DNA from: Candidatus Enterousia sp. | GTDB taxonomy: Bacteria > Pseudomonadota > Alphaproteobacteria > Rs-D84 | Direction: 5' to 3' | Assembly: GCA_045613785.1 (NCBI GenBank) | Contig: JAZLBQ010000026.1 | Location: 80,677-144,676, forward strand | Length of the DNA stretch: 64,000 bases | In this document: in pieces, positions 20,522 through 30,469 of the stretch | Layout of the letters: each line of letters starts with the position of its first letter | Numbering within the stretch: the first letter of the stretch is position 1 | Notes under the pieces: model-generated | What the model saw: only the letters and a program-made list of their open reading frames with translations | Database searches by the model: none | Told to the model about the DNA's origin: nothing | Translations under genes and position numbers: made by a program

Positions 20522-21394
20522 ATGAAATCAGGCTGGATAATCTTGGACAAAGACAGTGGTTTATTTTCCCGCACAGCGGGCGGTCGCATTGCCCGAATGT
20601 TGGGGACAAAAAAATATGGACATATTGGGACATTGGATCCGATGGCTGCGGGTGTATTACCGATTGCGATTGGCGATGCGACCAAGATGATACCATTTGT
20701 CGAAGAAATGAATCCATCTGTCAAAGAGTATTTGTTTTCGATGCAATTTGGCTTTGAAACAGATACATTGGATATAACGGGCACTGAAACCAAGCGTGAT
20801 AACAAAATCCCGACCTTGGAAGAAGTTTTGTCAGTTTTGCCAAATTTTATAGGGAAAATAAATCAAGTTCCGCCGATTTATTCAGCAGTGCACGTAGAAG
20901 GTTCACGTGCATATATAGCCGCCCGTCAGGGCAGGGCGTTGGATATTCCTGCCCGTCCTGTTCAGATATATGAGCTGGAATTTATAGGGCTAGATGGTAA
21001 ATCTTGGTGTTTTAGGACACGTTGCAGTCGTGGAACATATGTTCGTTCATTGGGGCGTGATATTGCCAATTTGTGTGGTTGTATTGCGACTGTGGACAGT
21101 ATTCGTCGCACGCAAAGCAATGGATTTGATGTAAAAAACGCCGTCCGACTTGATTTTTTGGAAAAAGTATTTAATAATAGTGGAAATTTAGGCGAAAACC
21201 TAAAACCGATAGATTTTGGACTGGGGGACATTCCGGTTCTGAATCTGTCTGACAAAGACGCGAATTTCTATCGAAATGGTGGCTTTGTCGAAACTGGGGC
21301 AGGGGACGGTCTGTTCCGCATTTATACGGGTGATTTATTCATTGGTATTGGTGTGGTTTCTGGTGGTCAACTGCGACCAAAGCGAACAATTTAA
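20522..21394 (+). CDS. truB: tRNA pseudouridine(55) synthase
   Basis: [22 protein letters not shown] and GTYVRSL; alternative start at 20501. Confidence 0.95.
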   Translation: MKSGWIILDKDSGLFSRTAGGRIARMLGTKKYGHIGTLDPMAAGVLPIAIGDATKMIPFVEEMNPSVKEYLFSMQFGFETDTLDITGTETKRDNKIPTLEEVLSVLPNFIGKINQVPPIYSAVHVEGSRAYIAARQGRALDIPARPVQIYELEFIGLDGKSWCFRTRCSRGTYVRSLGRDIANLCGCIATVDSIRRTQSNGFDVKNAVRLDFLEKVFNNSGNLGENLKPIDFGLGDIPVLNLSDKDANFYRNGGFVETGAGDGLFRIYTGDLFIGIGVVSGGQLRPKRTI

Positions 21395-21414
21395 TAAAAA
21401 TAAAAGGAAAAATA

Positions 21415-21687
21415 ATGTCCATTACAAAGGCAAAAAAATCTGAATTGATTCAGGAATACAAAATTTCTGAAAACGACAACGGTGGTTCAGTTGAATCCCA
21501 AGTTGCTGTTTTGACAGAACGCATTCGCAACTTGACAGAACATATGAAGGCGAATCACAAAGACAATCACTCAAAACGTGGTTTGTTGTTGATGGTAAAC
21601 CGTCGTAAAAAGTTGCTGGCTTATATCAAGAAACGTAATTCATCTGATTACGAAGCCTTGATTAAAAAGTTAGGTCTGCGTAAATAA
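21415..21687 (+). CDS. rpsO: 30S ribosomal protein S15
   Basis: [13 protein letters not shown]...[19 protein letters not shown]. Confidence 0.97.
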   Translation: MSITKAKKSELIQEYKISENDNGGSVESQVAVLTERIRNLTEHMKANHKDNHSKRGLLLMVNRRKKLLAYIKKRNSSDYEALIKKLGLRK

Positions 21688-21688
21688 T

Positions 21689-21710
21689 AAATCCCCCGAA
21701 TGGGGGATTT
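21689..21710 (+). terminator. Intrinsic terminator of rpsO
   Basis: AAATCCCCC-GAAT-GGGGGATTT followed by T. Confidence 0.8.
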
Positions 21711-21746
21711 TTCTTGCACTGATAAAGTTATGTTTGCAAAAAAAAA

Positions 21747-21762
21747 TCGCCCAAATGGGCGA
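21747..21762 (-). terminator. Intrinsic terminator of the Skp-like gene
   Basis: TCGCCC-AAAT-GGGCGA with A and T flanks. Confidence 0.75.
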
Positions 21763-21777
21763 CTTTTTTGTTTGTTA

Positions 21778-22446
21778 TTAGAAACCTTTTGGTGTTTCCA
21801 TTTTTACTTTTGAAATCTTTTTATCCAGTGCAGCAACAACTTCCTTGGTGATGTCCAAGTTTTCTGTATTTGCACCTGTGCGTGCCATACGTCCATCGAT
21901 TACCAAAGACAAATTCTTTTTATCGATAATACCTTCGATAACAGGATCCAAGTGCTTGCTTTGAATTTCGCTCAATGCCTTTTGATAAGAAGTTTCGATG
22001 CTTTGTGCACGTTCTGTCAAATCACGTTGCAACTTTGTGACTTTGTTTTGATAGTCAACAACACGGCGTTGCAATGCTTCACGAGATAAAACATCTTGTG
22101 ATTTTTCGATTTCGGCTTTTTCTTTTTCCAAATCCTTCTGCTGTTTGGTCAATTCGTCACGCAGTTTGTTTTCGTATTTTTCTTTTTGTTCACGCAAATC
22201 TTTTAAAGCAACTGCGTTTGATTGGATTTCGTCCATACGAACGACTGCGATACGCAAGTTTGCACCATTTGTTGCGTCTTCTGAAACGACTGTCATAGCG
22301 TCTGCAACAGAAGCACCACCGTTGTTATTGTTCAGTGCAGAAACTGCCCATGCACCCAAAACGGCGACTGCAACAACAGCTGCTGCGATAATACCTGTTT
22401 TCTTATAGTTTTTTACAACATTGTTATCTGATGATTTATTTGCCAT
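21778..22446 (-). CDS. OmpH/Skp-family periplasmic chaperone
   Basis: IAVVRMDEI, a long coiled coil, then LVID....DITKEVVAALD. Confidence 0.85.
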   Translation of the reverse strand: MANKSSDNNVVKNYKKTGIIAAAVVAVAVLGAWAVSALNNNNGGASVADAMTVVSEDATNGANLRIAVVRMDEIQSNAVALKDLREQKEKYENKLRDELTKQQKDLEKEKAEIEKSQDVLSREALQRRVVDYQNKVTKLQRDLTERAQSIETSYQKALSEIQSKHLDPVIEGIIDKKNLSLVIDGRMARTGANTENLDITKEVVAALDKKISKVKMETPKGF

Positions 22447-22538
22447 TTTCCATCCTTTTTGCTTGTTATGGCAATCACTATACCAATAAAAAGTTGAAAG
22501 TAAAACAGAAAGTTGTTCCGAAAATAGTCATAAAAAAA

Positions 22539-22554
22539 TCCCCCGAACGGGGGA
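22539..22554 (-). terminator. Intrinsic terminator
   Basis: TCCCCC-GAAC-GGGGGA with A and T flanks. Confidence 0.75.
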
Positions 22555-22577
22555 ATTTTTTTTCTAGATTTTCAAGT

Positions 22578-23618
22578 TTATTGTGCCTGAACTTCTTCGA
22601 CTACTTCTGTGGTCTGTTCTGCAGGCTGGTTTAATTCGTTGATTAAACCTTGTAATCTAGCCATTGTTTCAGAATCGTTCAATGCAACAGCGATAGTGTA
22701 TGAAGATTCTAAATCAATGCGTGCGGCATCAACGTTGCCCAGATTCAGATTTAATGCAGCAGACTTTTCAAAATAGCTCATTGCATTACTGGACAGTGAT
22801 TCACGTTCTTCCATTGTTGGTGCACCTTGGATTTGTTCAGAAATCACACGCACAGCTGAAGAATAGTCGTTGATAGCGTCGGCATAATTACCTAATGCAG
22901 TGTATGCTTCTGCTCGTTCAGCGTAAACATTTGGGTTTACTGAGCCTTCTGGGCGTGCCAAAGAGTTTGTATAATCAGCGATAGCACCTTCCCAGTTTTT
23001 CAGCCACAGATTCAGCTGACCACGTTTTGCATACAAATCACGCATTTGCAGAACAACTGTTGGATTAGAAGTATTTGCAGCCAAAGCGTTATTAATATCG
23101 TTCATTGCTGCATTGTAATCTTCCAGACGAGTGTTCAACAAAGCACGGTCATAGTATGCAACAGCGTTTGCAGGATCTTTTGCCAATGCGGCATCAAAGT
23201 TATCCATTGCATTGCGATAGTCGCCAGACTGCATATATGCTTCACCACGCAAGATGTATGTATCTACAGTTGCAGCCCCTGCGTCAATAGCGGCAGTCAA
23301 ATCGACAATAGCAGCATCTAATTCGCCAGCCAGCAATTTTGTTTTACCGCTTTCATAGAAATCAGCAGACTGCATCAAAGCTTCTTCTGTAATTTCCATT
23401 TTTGCAACCGAAGGAACGTCTGTGTGTGAACGCCCCAAGATATAAAAAGTCGCAGCGATAAAGAACAAAATGATGAACCAATATACATAGATTGAAATCG
23501 ACCAAGGGCTAAAACAAGTTTTTGTTTTTTCCTGTTTGATTGTAGGTTTAGACGCTACAGGACGCACTTTTTCGGTGTTTTTCTTGACTGGATATTTTTT
23601 TGCAGGTGTTTTTTTCAT
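22578..23618 (-). CDS. Membrane-anchored TPR protein
   Basis: Lys-rich N-terminus, one TM, and repeated Y..RG..Y...G.Y..A..D TPR units. Confidence 0.85.
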   Translation of the reverse strand: MKKTPAKKYPVKKNTEKVRPVASKPTIKQEKTKTCFSPWSISIYVYWFIILFFIAATFYILGRSHTDVPSVAKMEITEEALMQSADFYESGKTKLLAGELDAAIVDLTAAIDAGAATVDTYILRGEAYMQSGDYRNAMDNFDAALAKDPANAVAYYDRALLNTRLEDYNAAMNDINNALAANTSNPTVVLQMRDLYAKRGQLNLWLKNWEGAIADYTNSLARPEGSVNPNVYAERAEAYTALGNYADAINDYSSAVRVISEQIQGAPTMEERESLSSNAMSYFEKSAALNLNLGNVDAARIDLESSYTIAVALNDSETMARLQGLINELNQPAEQTTEVVEEVQAQ

Positions 23619-23646
23619 ATAAATCTCCCTTCCTTTTAATAGAATA

Positions 23647-24345
23647 TTAGAGAGATTTTAACATTTCGTCAATTGTTTTCTGTGATAATTTTTTAATTTT
23701 TCCCACGGGCAGTTTTCCCAATGAAATATTTCCGTATGAAATTCTGTGCAATTTGCGAACACCGCACCCGCACGCACGCAGAACAATTCGCACTTCGTTC
23801 TTTTTTCCTTCTGTGATTGTTATGCGTAAATTATTGCCACCTATTTCATCTATTTTCATAGGTGCGTATTTAATTCCGTCGATTGTGATACCGTTTCGTG
23901 CATTGTCCAGTTTTGAAAAATCATGACTGTTTACAGTTGCGATATATGTTCTTTCTATTCCAGATGATGGCAATGTCAATTTTCGTGCCAAATCCCCATC
24001 GTTAGTCAGTAATAATAAGCCTGTTGTTTTGTAATCCAAACGTCCAACGTATTTTAGGTTTTTGTATTCGTCGCCTAAAACATCATAGATTGTTTTCCGG
24101 CCATTTGGATCACGCACAGTTGTCATGGTGTTCAATGGTTTATGAAAAGCAAATAATTGAATTTCTGATTTTTGTGTAATTGTCTGTCCATCGATTTTTA
24201 CGACATCGTTCTCTTCAACAAAAAATACAGGTGTTGTGATAACAGCGTCATTCACAGACACTCGGCCATCTGCAACCAGTGCCTCGGCGGCTCTTCGTGA
24301 AGCCACCCCACAATCTGCGATAAATTTTGCGATACGAACACTCAT
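23647..24345 (-). CDS. rRNA pseudouridine synthase, RsuA/RluB family (with S4 domain)
   Basis: RIAKFIA..GVASRR, VGRLDYKTTGLLLLTNDG and EGKKNEVR. Confidence 0.93.
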   Translation of the reverse strand: MSVRIAKFIADCGVASRRAAEALVADGRVSVNDAVITTPVFFVEENDVVKIDGQTITQKSEIQLFAFHKPLNTMTTVRDPNGRKTIYDVLGDEYKNLKYVGRLDYKTTGLLLLTNDGDLARKLTLPSSGIERTYIATVNSHDFSKLDNARNGITIDGIKYAPMKIDEIGGNNLRITITEGKKNEVRIVLRACGCGVRKLHRISYGNISLGKLPVGKIKKLSQKTIDEMLKSL

Positions 24346-24346
24346 A

Positions 24347-25003
24347 TTATTCCGTTATTTTTGCTATTGCGACCACTGCTGCAACTTCTGCACGCAAAAT
24401 AGTTTTTCCTAATGATATTCCGACGGCTCCTGCGTTGTCCAGTTGACTAAATTCATTGTCTGAAAATCCACCTTCTGGCCCAACCAAGATTGATTTTGTA
24501 TTTTTTATATTTGCTTTTAAATCCTTGCCATATGCAGCCCGTTCATCTGCAAACACAACCTTGCTCAGGTCTAAATCAGCAAATTTAATTGGTTGCATTA
24601 TTTTTGGAATGCTGTTTCGATTAGATTGTTCTGCGGCCTCTATCACAATTTTTTGCATACGTTCCCAGTTGATGTGATGAGCTGTTGTTCTTTCGCAAAT
24701 CACGGGTTGTAGTATTTTTACCCCCATTTGGGTTGCCATATTGATTAAATCGTCAGTCCGTTTAATTGGTGCAAACATCAGTGTTAAATCGCCAGACGGG
24801 TCGCAATGCTGTGTTTTGTCCCCGATGACCAGGCTTTTATCATCATCAGACAAAACTGCCGAATATTCATTACCGTTTCCAAATACCAGACATTGATTTG
24901 TTCGCATAACCCGTCGCAAATAATGTGCAGTTTCACGTCCAGCAGGGATAATGTCGCCCACTGATATATTTTCACCGACAAAGATTCTTGGAATATTTTT
25001 CAT
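24347..25003 (-). CDS. rsmE: 16S rRNA m3U1498 methyltransferase
   Basis: EAAEQS.R, VGPEGGFS and LGKTILRAEVA. Confidence 0.94.
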   Translation of the reverse strand: MKNIPRIFVGENISVGDIIPAGRETAHYLRRVMRTNQCLVFGNGNEYSAVLSDDDKSLVIGDKTQHCDPSGDLTLMFAPIKRTDDLINMATQMGVKILQPVICERTTAHHINWERMQKIVIEAAEQSNRNSIPKIMQPIKFADLDLSKVVFADERAAYGKDLKANIKNTKSILVGPEGGFSDNEFSQLDNAGAVGISLGKTILRAEVAAVVAIAKITE

Positions 25004-25058
25004 ATTTTTATAATTCCTGATTTATAAAAACCTAAAATTCTGATATAATCATAACACT

Positions 25059-27308
25059 ATGGCAGTGAAATTCAACATTTTATCCGCATCTGGCAAGGGC
25101 AAAGGTTTAAATATCTTTCGCTCGTCCGCCTACAAGGAATTCGACCAAAACGGTGTTGCCCGTGAATTTTGGTCTATCCGTTGGGCGATTATTACGTGGT
25201 TGATTGCAGCGGTTATGGTTGCTGCGGCATTCCCGGTTGAGCATATATGGCGATACGGTTGGTCGCCAGCCAGCCAAGATTGGTTGTTGTTATATTTACA
25301 GAATTTGGTTTCAACGGGTGGTGTTTCTGTTTTGTCTGAAATACCGTCGTGGATATGGCGTTCTATAATGCGTCCTGATTTTTCGTGCATAACCCCGATA
25401 TTACCAATAATTGGCTATTACTTTTTATCTGACGGCACAATGGCGGACGAATTTAATCCCCACAGCAAGGATAAATTCGACGAAAAAACCTCACGCAAGG
25501 CAACCGCAGACGATATTAAAAAGATGGCTCAGGACCATAAAAACAAAGAAGGCTTGTTCAAGGGCTTTATGATGGTGTTGGGCTATTTCAAAGAAAAACC
25601 ATTGATGTTTGATGAATGTTTATCGACATTGTGTGTTGCTCCCCCAGGGACTGGTAAAACAGCAGGTGTTGTTGTTCCTACGATTTTAGAATGTGACAAG
25701 GTGTCGATGATTATCAACGACCCAAAACCTGAATTGAAACAAAAAACGTCTGCGTATCGTGCGTCGATTGGACCAGTATTTATTATGAACTGGGCGGGTC
25801 AGGACGATCCAGCACGTGGAATTTATTATCCGTCGTGGAATCCATTGTCCCCAGGTCATGTTCCTTTTAATACCGAAGAGCGTGATTTATACGTTGATTC
25901 CATTGCAAATACATTGATTCCTGACCGTTCGTCGTCATCTGCTGACCCGCACTGGACGATTACGGGGCGTGCTGCCTTGACCGGATTTATTCAATATATT
26001 ATTTCCAAGGTTGAACGTGCCAAGGCCGATGATTATTTCTTTGCACGCATATCAAACGGCACTTTTAATGCCGAAGATGCGGCGGTCCTGGGTGATTATT
26101 ATTTGTCTATGTCGTCTGACCCAAATGCCTATGCGGCATATGCTTTGTTGCAGCGTGGCGAATTAAACGCAATGAATTATGTTCATGTTGGGACATGGGA
26201 AAATATCCCCGATGCCTGGCATGGGCGTGAGGCATCATTATCAATGATATTGGATTGGTTAAACGCATCACAAATTGCCATCGCCGAAGATATCGAAAAT
26301 CGTCGTCGTCAGGGCGACCAAATGGTTATGATGGCTGACCCAACCAAAGATATGTTTATGAAGGCTGTTGAGGAAGCCCGTCGTTATGCATATTCGCACC
26401 GTGCCGTCCAGGAATTGACGCAACTTGCCAGCACCCCGGACAAGGAACGTGGCTCTATTATGTCAACTGCATTGTCGGGCTTAAATATCTTCCGTAATGC
26501 GGCTGTTCGCAATCGCACCAGCCACTCTGATTTTCATTTTTCGGACCTGCGTGGAATGATTGATCCACGTGATGGCAAGATGAAACCAGTAACGGTTTAT
26601 CTGTCAATCAATATGGTTGATGCCCAGGCATTAAATCCAATAACGGCAATCTTTATAGAATTGATGTCAAATTTCTTGTTAGCAAACAAACCCGAAGAAA
26701 TAAGAAATGGGGAAAAGCTAGGGCCTTGTCCTGTTTTATTTGTAATGGATGAAATGCCAAAAATGCAAAAGCTGCAGGCGGTTATTCAGGGGCCCGATTT
26801 AGGGCGTGGTCAGTCGATTTCATATTTGATTATCGGTCAGGACTTGCATCAGATTGCTGAAAAATATGGTCAGGACGCCGCAGCGACCATTATATCAACG
26901 ACCGCTGCAAAGATTGTTATGCGTCAAAACGACCCAGACACAGCAAGGCGTTTTTCGGAAATGATGGGTTATAAGATGAAAAAGAAAACCGTCAAGGGGC
27001 CTGATGGAAAAGACAAAGAAGAAACGTCCCAAGAATTATTGTTTACAGAAATGGACATTATGAAGCTGCCCGATGCAAAGCAACTTGTAATTGTTCAGGG
27101 GCATTATAATAGACCGATAGAGGCTGATCAGGAACGTTATTTTATTGATAAAAATGCAGTGCAAAAAAAACTGTATGCCAAGGTTCAAATGGGAGAATGT
27201 GCACCTTTGCCTGAATTTTTGGTGCCATCACATCACCGTGCACTGGGTTATTCCGGAACGCCACGAATATACGATCCGCAGACTAAAAAAATCAAAGAGT
27301 TGGCATAA
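25059..27308 (+). CDS. virD4: Type IV secretion coupling protein (VirD4/TraG family)
   Basis: N-terminal TMs, Walker A APPGTGKT, INDPKPEL, WNPL, Walker B MDEMP and QDLHQI...YG. Confidence 0.85.
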   Translation: MAVKFNILSASGKGKGLNIFRSSAYKEFDQNGVAREFWSIRWAIITWLIAAVMVAAAFPVEHIWRYGWSPASQDWLLLYLQNLVSTGGVSVLSEIPSWIWRSIMRPDFSCITPILPIIGYYFLSDGTMADEFNPHSKDKFDEKTSRKATADDIKKMAQDHKNKEGLFKGFMMVLGYFKEKPLMFDECLSTLCVAPPGTGKTAGVVVPTILECDKVSMIINDPKPELKQKTSAYRASIGPVFIMNWAGQDDPARGIYYPSWNPLSPGHVPFNTEERDLYVDSIANTLIPDRSSSSADPHWTITGRAALTGFIQYIISKVERAKADDYFFARISNGTFNAEDAAVLGDYYLSMSSDPNAYAAYALLQRGELNAMNYVHVGTWENIPDAWHGREASLSMILDWLNASQIAIAEDIENRRRQGDQMVMMADPTKDMFMKAVEEARRYAYSHRAVQELTQLASTPDKERGSIMSTALSGLNIFRNAAVRNRTSHSDFHFSDLRGMIDPRDGKMKPVTVYLSINMVDAQALNPITAIFIELMSNFLLANKPEEIRNGEKLGPCPVLFVMDEMPKMQKLQAVIQGPDLGRGQSISYLIIGQDLHQIAEKYGQDAAATIISTTAAKIVMRQNDPDTARRFSEMMGYKMKKKTVKGPDGKDKEETSQELLFTEMDIMKLPDAKQLVIVQGHYNRPIEADQERYFIDKNAVQKKLYAKVQMGECAPLPEFLVPSHHRALGYSGTPRIYDPQTKKIKELA

Positions 27309-27309
27309 C

Positions 27310-27338
27310 AAATAAATCCCCAAAATGGGGATTTATTT
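27310..27338. terminator. Bidirectional terminator between virD4 and sspB
   Basis: AAATAAATCCCC-AAAAT-GGGGATTTATTT. Confidence 0.8.
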
Positions 27339-27805
27339 TATTGTTTTCTATTTTTTCTAAATTCGTCCAGTGATACAACCCGACCTGGGTCTGGAACAGT
27401 TCCTGGCCTTTCTTCTAGTGGTAATTCCATATCATTATCTGCGGCGGCTGTTTGTTTTCTTGGCTGGAATGACAGCATAAAGTCCACAGATGGGTCTTTG
27501 AATTCGACCAGTGCTGAAAAAGGCACACGAATAAAGAAAGGTCGTCCATCAAACGTCAGCTGAACGCCAAATTCTTTGTCTGACACATTTAAATTATTAT
27601 ATGAATATTGCAAGACGATTGTCATAACGTCAGGATATCTGATACGTAAAAAGTCTGGCAACACAACGCCTGCATCACGTGTTTTAAACGTGATAAAAAA
27701 ATGTGTTCCATCGCCTAAGCCATTAAATTGTGCGTGAATCAATGCGTCTTTTACCACAGATTTTAACGCATTGTCTAATAAAGTTTGATAATCAATTTTC
27801 GCCAT
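27338..27805 (-). CDS. sspB: ClpXP adaptor SspB (alphaproteobacterial type)
   Basis: IDY..L...AL, HFFITFKT, YPDVMTIVLQ and C-terminal VVSLDEFRK. Confidence 0.92.
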   Translation of the reverse strand: MAKIDYQTLLDNALKSVVKDALIHAQFNGLGDGTHFFITFKTRDAGVVLPDFLRIRYPDVMTIVLQYSYNNLNVSDKEFGVQLTFDGRPFFIRVPFSALVEFKDPSVDFMLSFQPRKQTAAADNDMELPLEERPGTVPDPGRVVSLDEFRKNRKQ

Positions 27806-28892
27806 CTTCTTTTTTCTCCGGACATACTATATTACTAATTTCCCCGTTCTGGCAAGCAACAAATACAGCGTCTGGAACATCGCTAAATATTTCACTGTCC
27901 AGACCTGTTGCCCAAACTTGTGCATCTGCCACCCCCAGTTCTTTGAACATTCTTTTTCGTGCGTTTTTATCCAGATGTGCTGCAGCCTCGTCTAATAAAA
28001 TAAGAGGTCTTTTACCAGTTTTAGTTCTAATCAATTTTGCGTGTGCCAAGATTAAATCGATCAAGACTGTTTTTTGCTGACCTGTGCTGGTCAGGTGTGC
28101 TGGCAGCCCCAATTCCTTGTTAAATACGCCAAAGTCTGATTTGTGCGGTCCGTCCAGAACCATTTTATCGCCAATAAGTGTTCGATTGTTTTTCAGGTAT
28201 TCATTATATTGTCGTTCTGTATCTGCAACCGAAACGCCATCAATCAGCATTTTTTCAATCATTCCAGACACAGAAACCGCACATCGTTCCAGGAAATAAT
28301 TTATTTCTCCGGCATATTGGATACGTGCAACAGCCACTGCAACGGCACTGCCAGCAATTTGAATATCCAGTGCGTCCAACCAATGTGAATTTGCACCTGT
28401 TTTAAGTGCGACTGCTCGTTCACTAAAAAGTTTGCTCAATTTTGCTACCCGGCCTGCGTGTGAAGCATCAAAACTGGCGGCCAGTCTGTCAAAGAACGCC
28501 CGTCTGTCTGCTGCACTATCGACGAACAATCTGTCTTCTTTAGGGGAAATCCAGACGATACGTAAATGTTTTGCTAAATCAGTAAGTGTTGCGTTTTCGC
28601 CATCAATTTTTGCACGCCTATTGGTGTCGCCTCCGACAAAGTTCACTGCAACCTGGGTTTCGTCGTCTAATTCTGCAAAAACACTAAAACTGCCATTTCC
28701 GCCAAATCGTGCAACGTCGCTCATTGCTGCACCACGCATACCACGGTCGCCACCCAGCATAGAAACAGCTTCCAGCACAGCGGTTTTTCCAGCCCCGTTT
28801 GGGCCTGTGATAATAACATTTCTGTGACCGAATGTTGTAATTCTGCACATTGTGTGATTTCTAAAATCGGTCAAACTAATAGAATTTATCAT
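27792..28892 (-). CDS. recF: DNA replication/repair protein RecF
   Basis: LTDFRN, GPNGAGKT, DGPHKSD, STGQQK and LLDEAAAHLD; start at ATG 28892. Confidence 0.94.
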   Translation of the reverse strand: MINSISLTDFRNHTMCRITTFGHRNVIITGPNGAGKTAVLEAVSMLGGDRGMRGAAMSDVARFGGNGSFSVFAELDDETQVAVNFVGGDTNRRAKIDGENATLTDLAKHLRIVWISPKEDRLFVDSAADRRAFFDRLAASFDASHAGRVAKLSKLFSERAVALKTGANSHWLDALDIQIAGSAVAVAVARIQYAGEINYFLERCAVSVSGMIEKMLIDGVSVADTERQYNEYLKNNRTLIGDKMVLDGPHKSDFGVFNKELGLPAHLTSTGQQKTVLIDLILAHAKLIRTKTGKRPLILLDEAAAHLDKNARKRMFKELGVADAQVWATGLDSEIFSDVPDAVFVACQNGEISNIVCPEKKEDGEN

Positions 28893-28915
28893 ACGGCGAT
28901 AATACAAAATAAAAG

Positions 28916-28936
28916 AAACACCCGCAAGGGTGTTTT
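28916..28936 (-). terminator. Terminator downstream of tRNA-Cys
   Basis: AAACACCC-GCAA-GGGTGTTT. Confidence 0.7.
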
Positions 28937-28951
28937 TAGTTCTTTTTTTAG

Positions 28952-29025
28952 TGGAGGCCTGGGTCGGAATCGAACCGGCATCCAAGGATTTGCAGTCCTC
29001 TGCATAACCACTCTGCCACCAGGCC
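28952..29025 (-). tRNA. tRNA-Cys(GCA)
   Basis: Reverse complement GGCCTGGTGGCAGAGTGGTTATGC..CT-GCA-AA..GGTTCGATTCC..CCAGGCCTCCA. Confidence 0.96.
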
Positions 29026-29125
29026 TGAACTTTTTTGTGCAGGGGTATAATACGCAAAAATAAATTGTAATTCAACATAAAAATTGTATAATTAGAAAAG
29101 AAATTTGATAGAGAGAGAATTTTTT

Positions 29126-30469
29126 ATGAAAAAACTGTCACTTATCTTGGCGTGTGCTTTGCCGGTTTCTGCATTTGCTTCTATAGAAGACTGTGCATCA
29201 CGCACAACTATTCCATCTGGAAAGTTAAATTTACCCCAGATTATTGAACTGGGGTTGTGCAGAAATCCGCAAACGGCATCATCTTATTTGGCGTATGAAT
29301 CGGCACGATTTGCAAAAAATGCTGGTTATGCTGATTATTTACCGTCTGTCAGTGTATCTGCCAATGCGTCTTTACCATATCGTAATGAACAGTGGGGCGA
29401 TTGGTCATATGGTGCGTCGCTGTCTGCATCGTATTTGATATTTGATTTTGGAAAACGTTTGTCTGATTTAAATCAGTCAATATCCTCGTGGCGTGCGGCT
29501 GGCTTTGATTATGACGAATCTGTTCAGAATTACGTTTATGGTCTGATTGGTTCTTATTATGCGTTATTAAATGCGGACGCTGATGTTCGTTCTGCTGAAA
29601 TGCTACGCACTGTTGCCAAGACCGCCCAGGACACAGCGAAAAAGAAATTTCAGGCAGGTTCTGTGGCCAAGGCTGATGTGTTAAAGGCAGATACAACACT
29701 TGCCAGTCGTGATTTAGATTTAGAACGTGCAAAGAACAATCGTAAAATTGCCCAGGGTAATTTGCTGGCCAAGTTGTCTTTTTCAGCAGACCAAGAAATT
29801 GAAATTGCTGACCTGCCGTCAAATATTGGCACGCCTCAGGAAACAAAAACGCTGGACGAATTGTTTGCCCAGGCACAAAAGACACGACCTGATTTGTTGC
29901 GTGCCACAGCGAACAAGGATGCAGCCTGGCACCGTCGCAATAGTGTGTTTTTAAGTAATTTACCATCGATTTCTGCATCTGGCTCTATTTCGTGGAATGA
30001 TACCCCATCTGAAACGTATGGTGCGGGTTCTGAAAATATCAGTGGCAGCATTGGAATCCGTGCATCAATGCCGTTGTTTGCAGGTTTTGCAAATTTATAC
30101 AATGCTCGTTCTGCCCAGGCAAATTATGAACGTGCAATGGAACAAGAACGTCAAACCCAGGACAATGCAACACTGGATATTTTTACGGCCTATCATAATT
30201 ACAAGACGGCACAAACGGTTTTGCAGCAAACAGAGACATTGTTAAAGTCAGCGACAGAATCAGAACGTGTAACTGCGGGTATGTATCGTGTTGGTCGTGC
30301 AACAATGTTGGATTGGCAGACAGCACAATCTGAACTGGTAAATGCGGAAAAGCAAAACAATGCAGCTAAGTATGATTTGTTTACAAAGCGTGCGGCGGTT
30401 GCGTTAGCGGTAGGTGAAATTAAAACAGAATTAGAAGGAAAGGCAGATGAAAAAACAAACGACGAATAA
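29126..30469 (+). CDS. TolC-family outer membrane efflux protein
   Basis: Signal peptide and two OEP repeats (NP....YLPSVS; RPDL...LPSIS; MPLFAG). Confidence 0.9.
   Translation: MKKLSLILACALPVSAFASIEDCASRTTIPSGKLNLPQIIELGLCRNPQTASSYLAYESARFAKNAGYADYLPSVSVSANASLPYRNEQWGDWSYGASLSASYLIFDFGKRLSDLNQSISSWRAAGFDYDESVQNYVYGLIGSYYALLNADADVRSAEMLRTVAKTAQDTAKKKFQAGSVAKADVLKADTTLASRDLDLERAKNNRKIAQGNLLAKLSFSADQEIEIADLPSNIGTPQETKTLDELFAQAQKTRPDLLRATANKDAAWHRRNSVFLSNLPSISASGSISWNDTPSETYGAGSENISGSIGIRASMPLFAGFANLYNARSAQANYERAMEQERQTQDNATLDIFTAYHNYKTAQTVLQQTETLLKSATESERVTAGMYRVGRATMLDWQTAQSELVNAEKQNNAAKYDLFTKRAAVALAVGEIKTELEGKADEKTNDE

Noticed and set aside
28893-29078. N-terminal extension of RecF in the ORF track
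   Set aside because: It overlaps tRNA-Cys and its terminator; RecF homology starts at ATG 28892.
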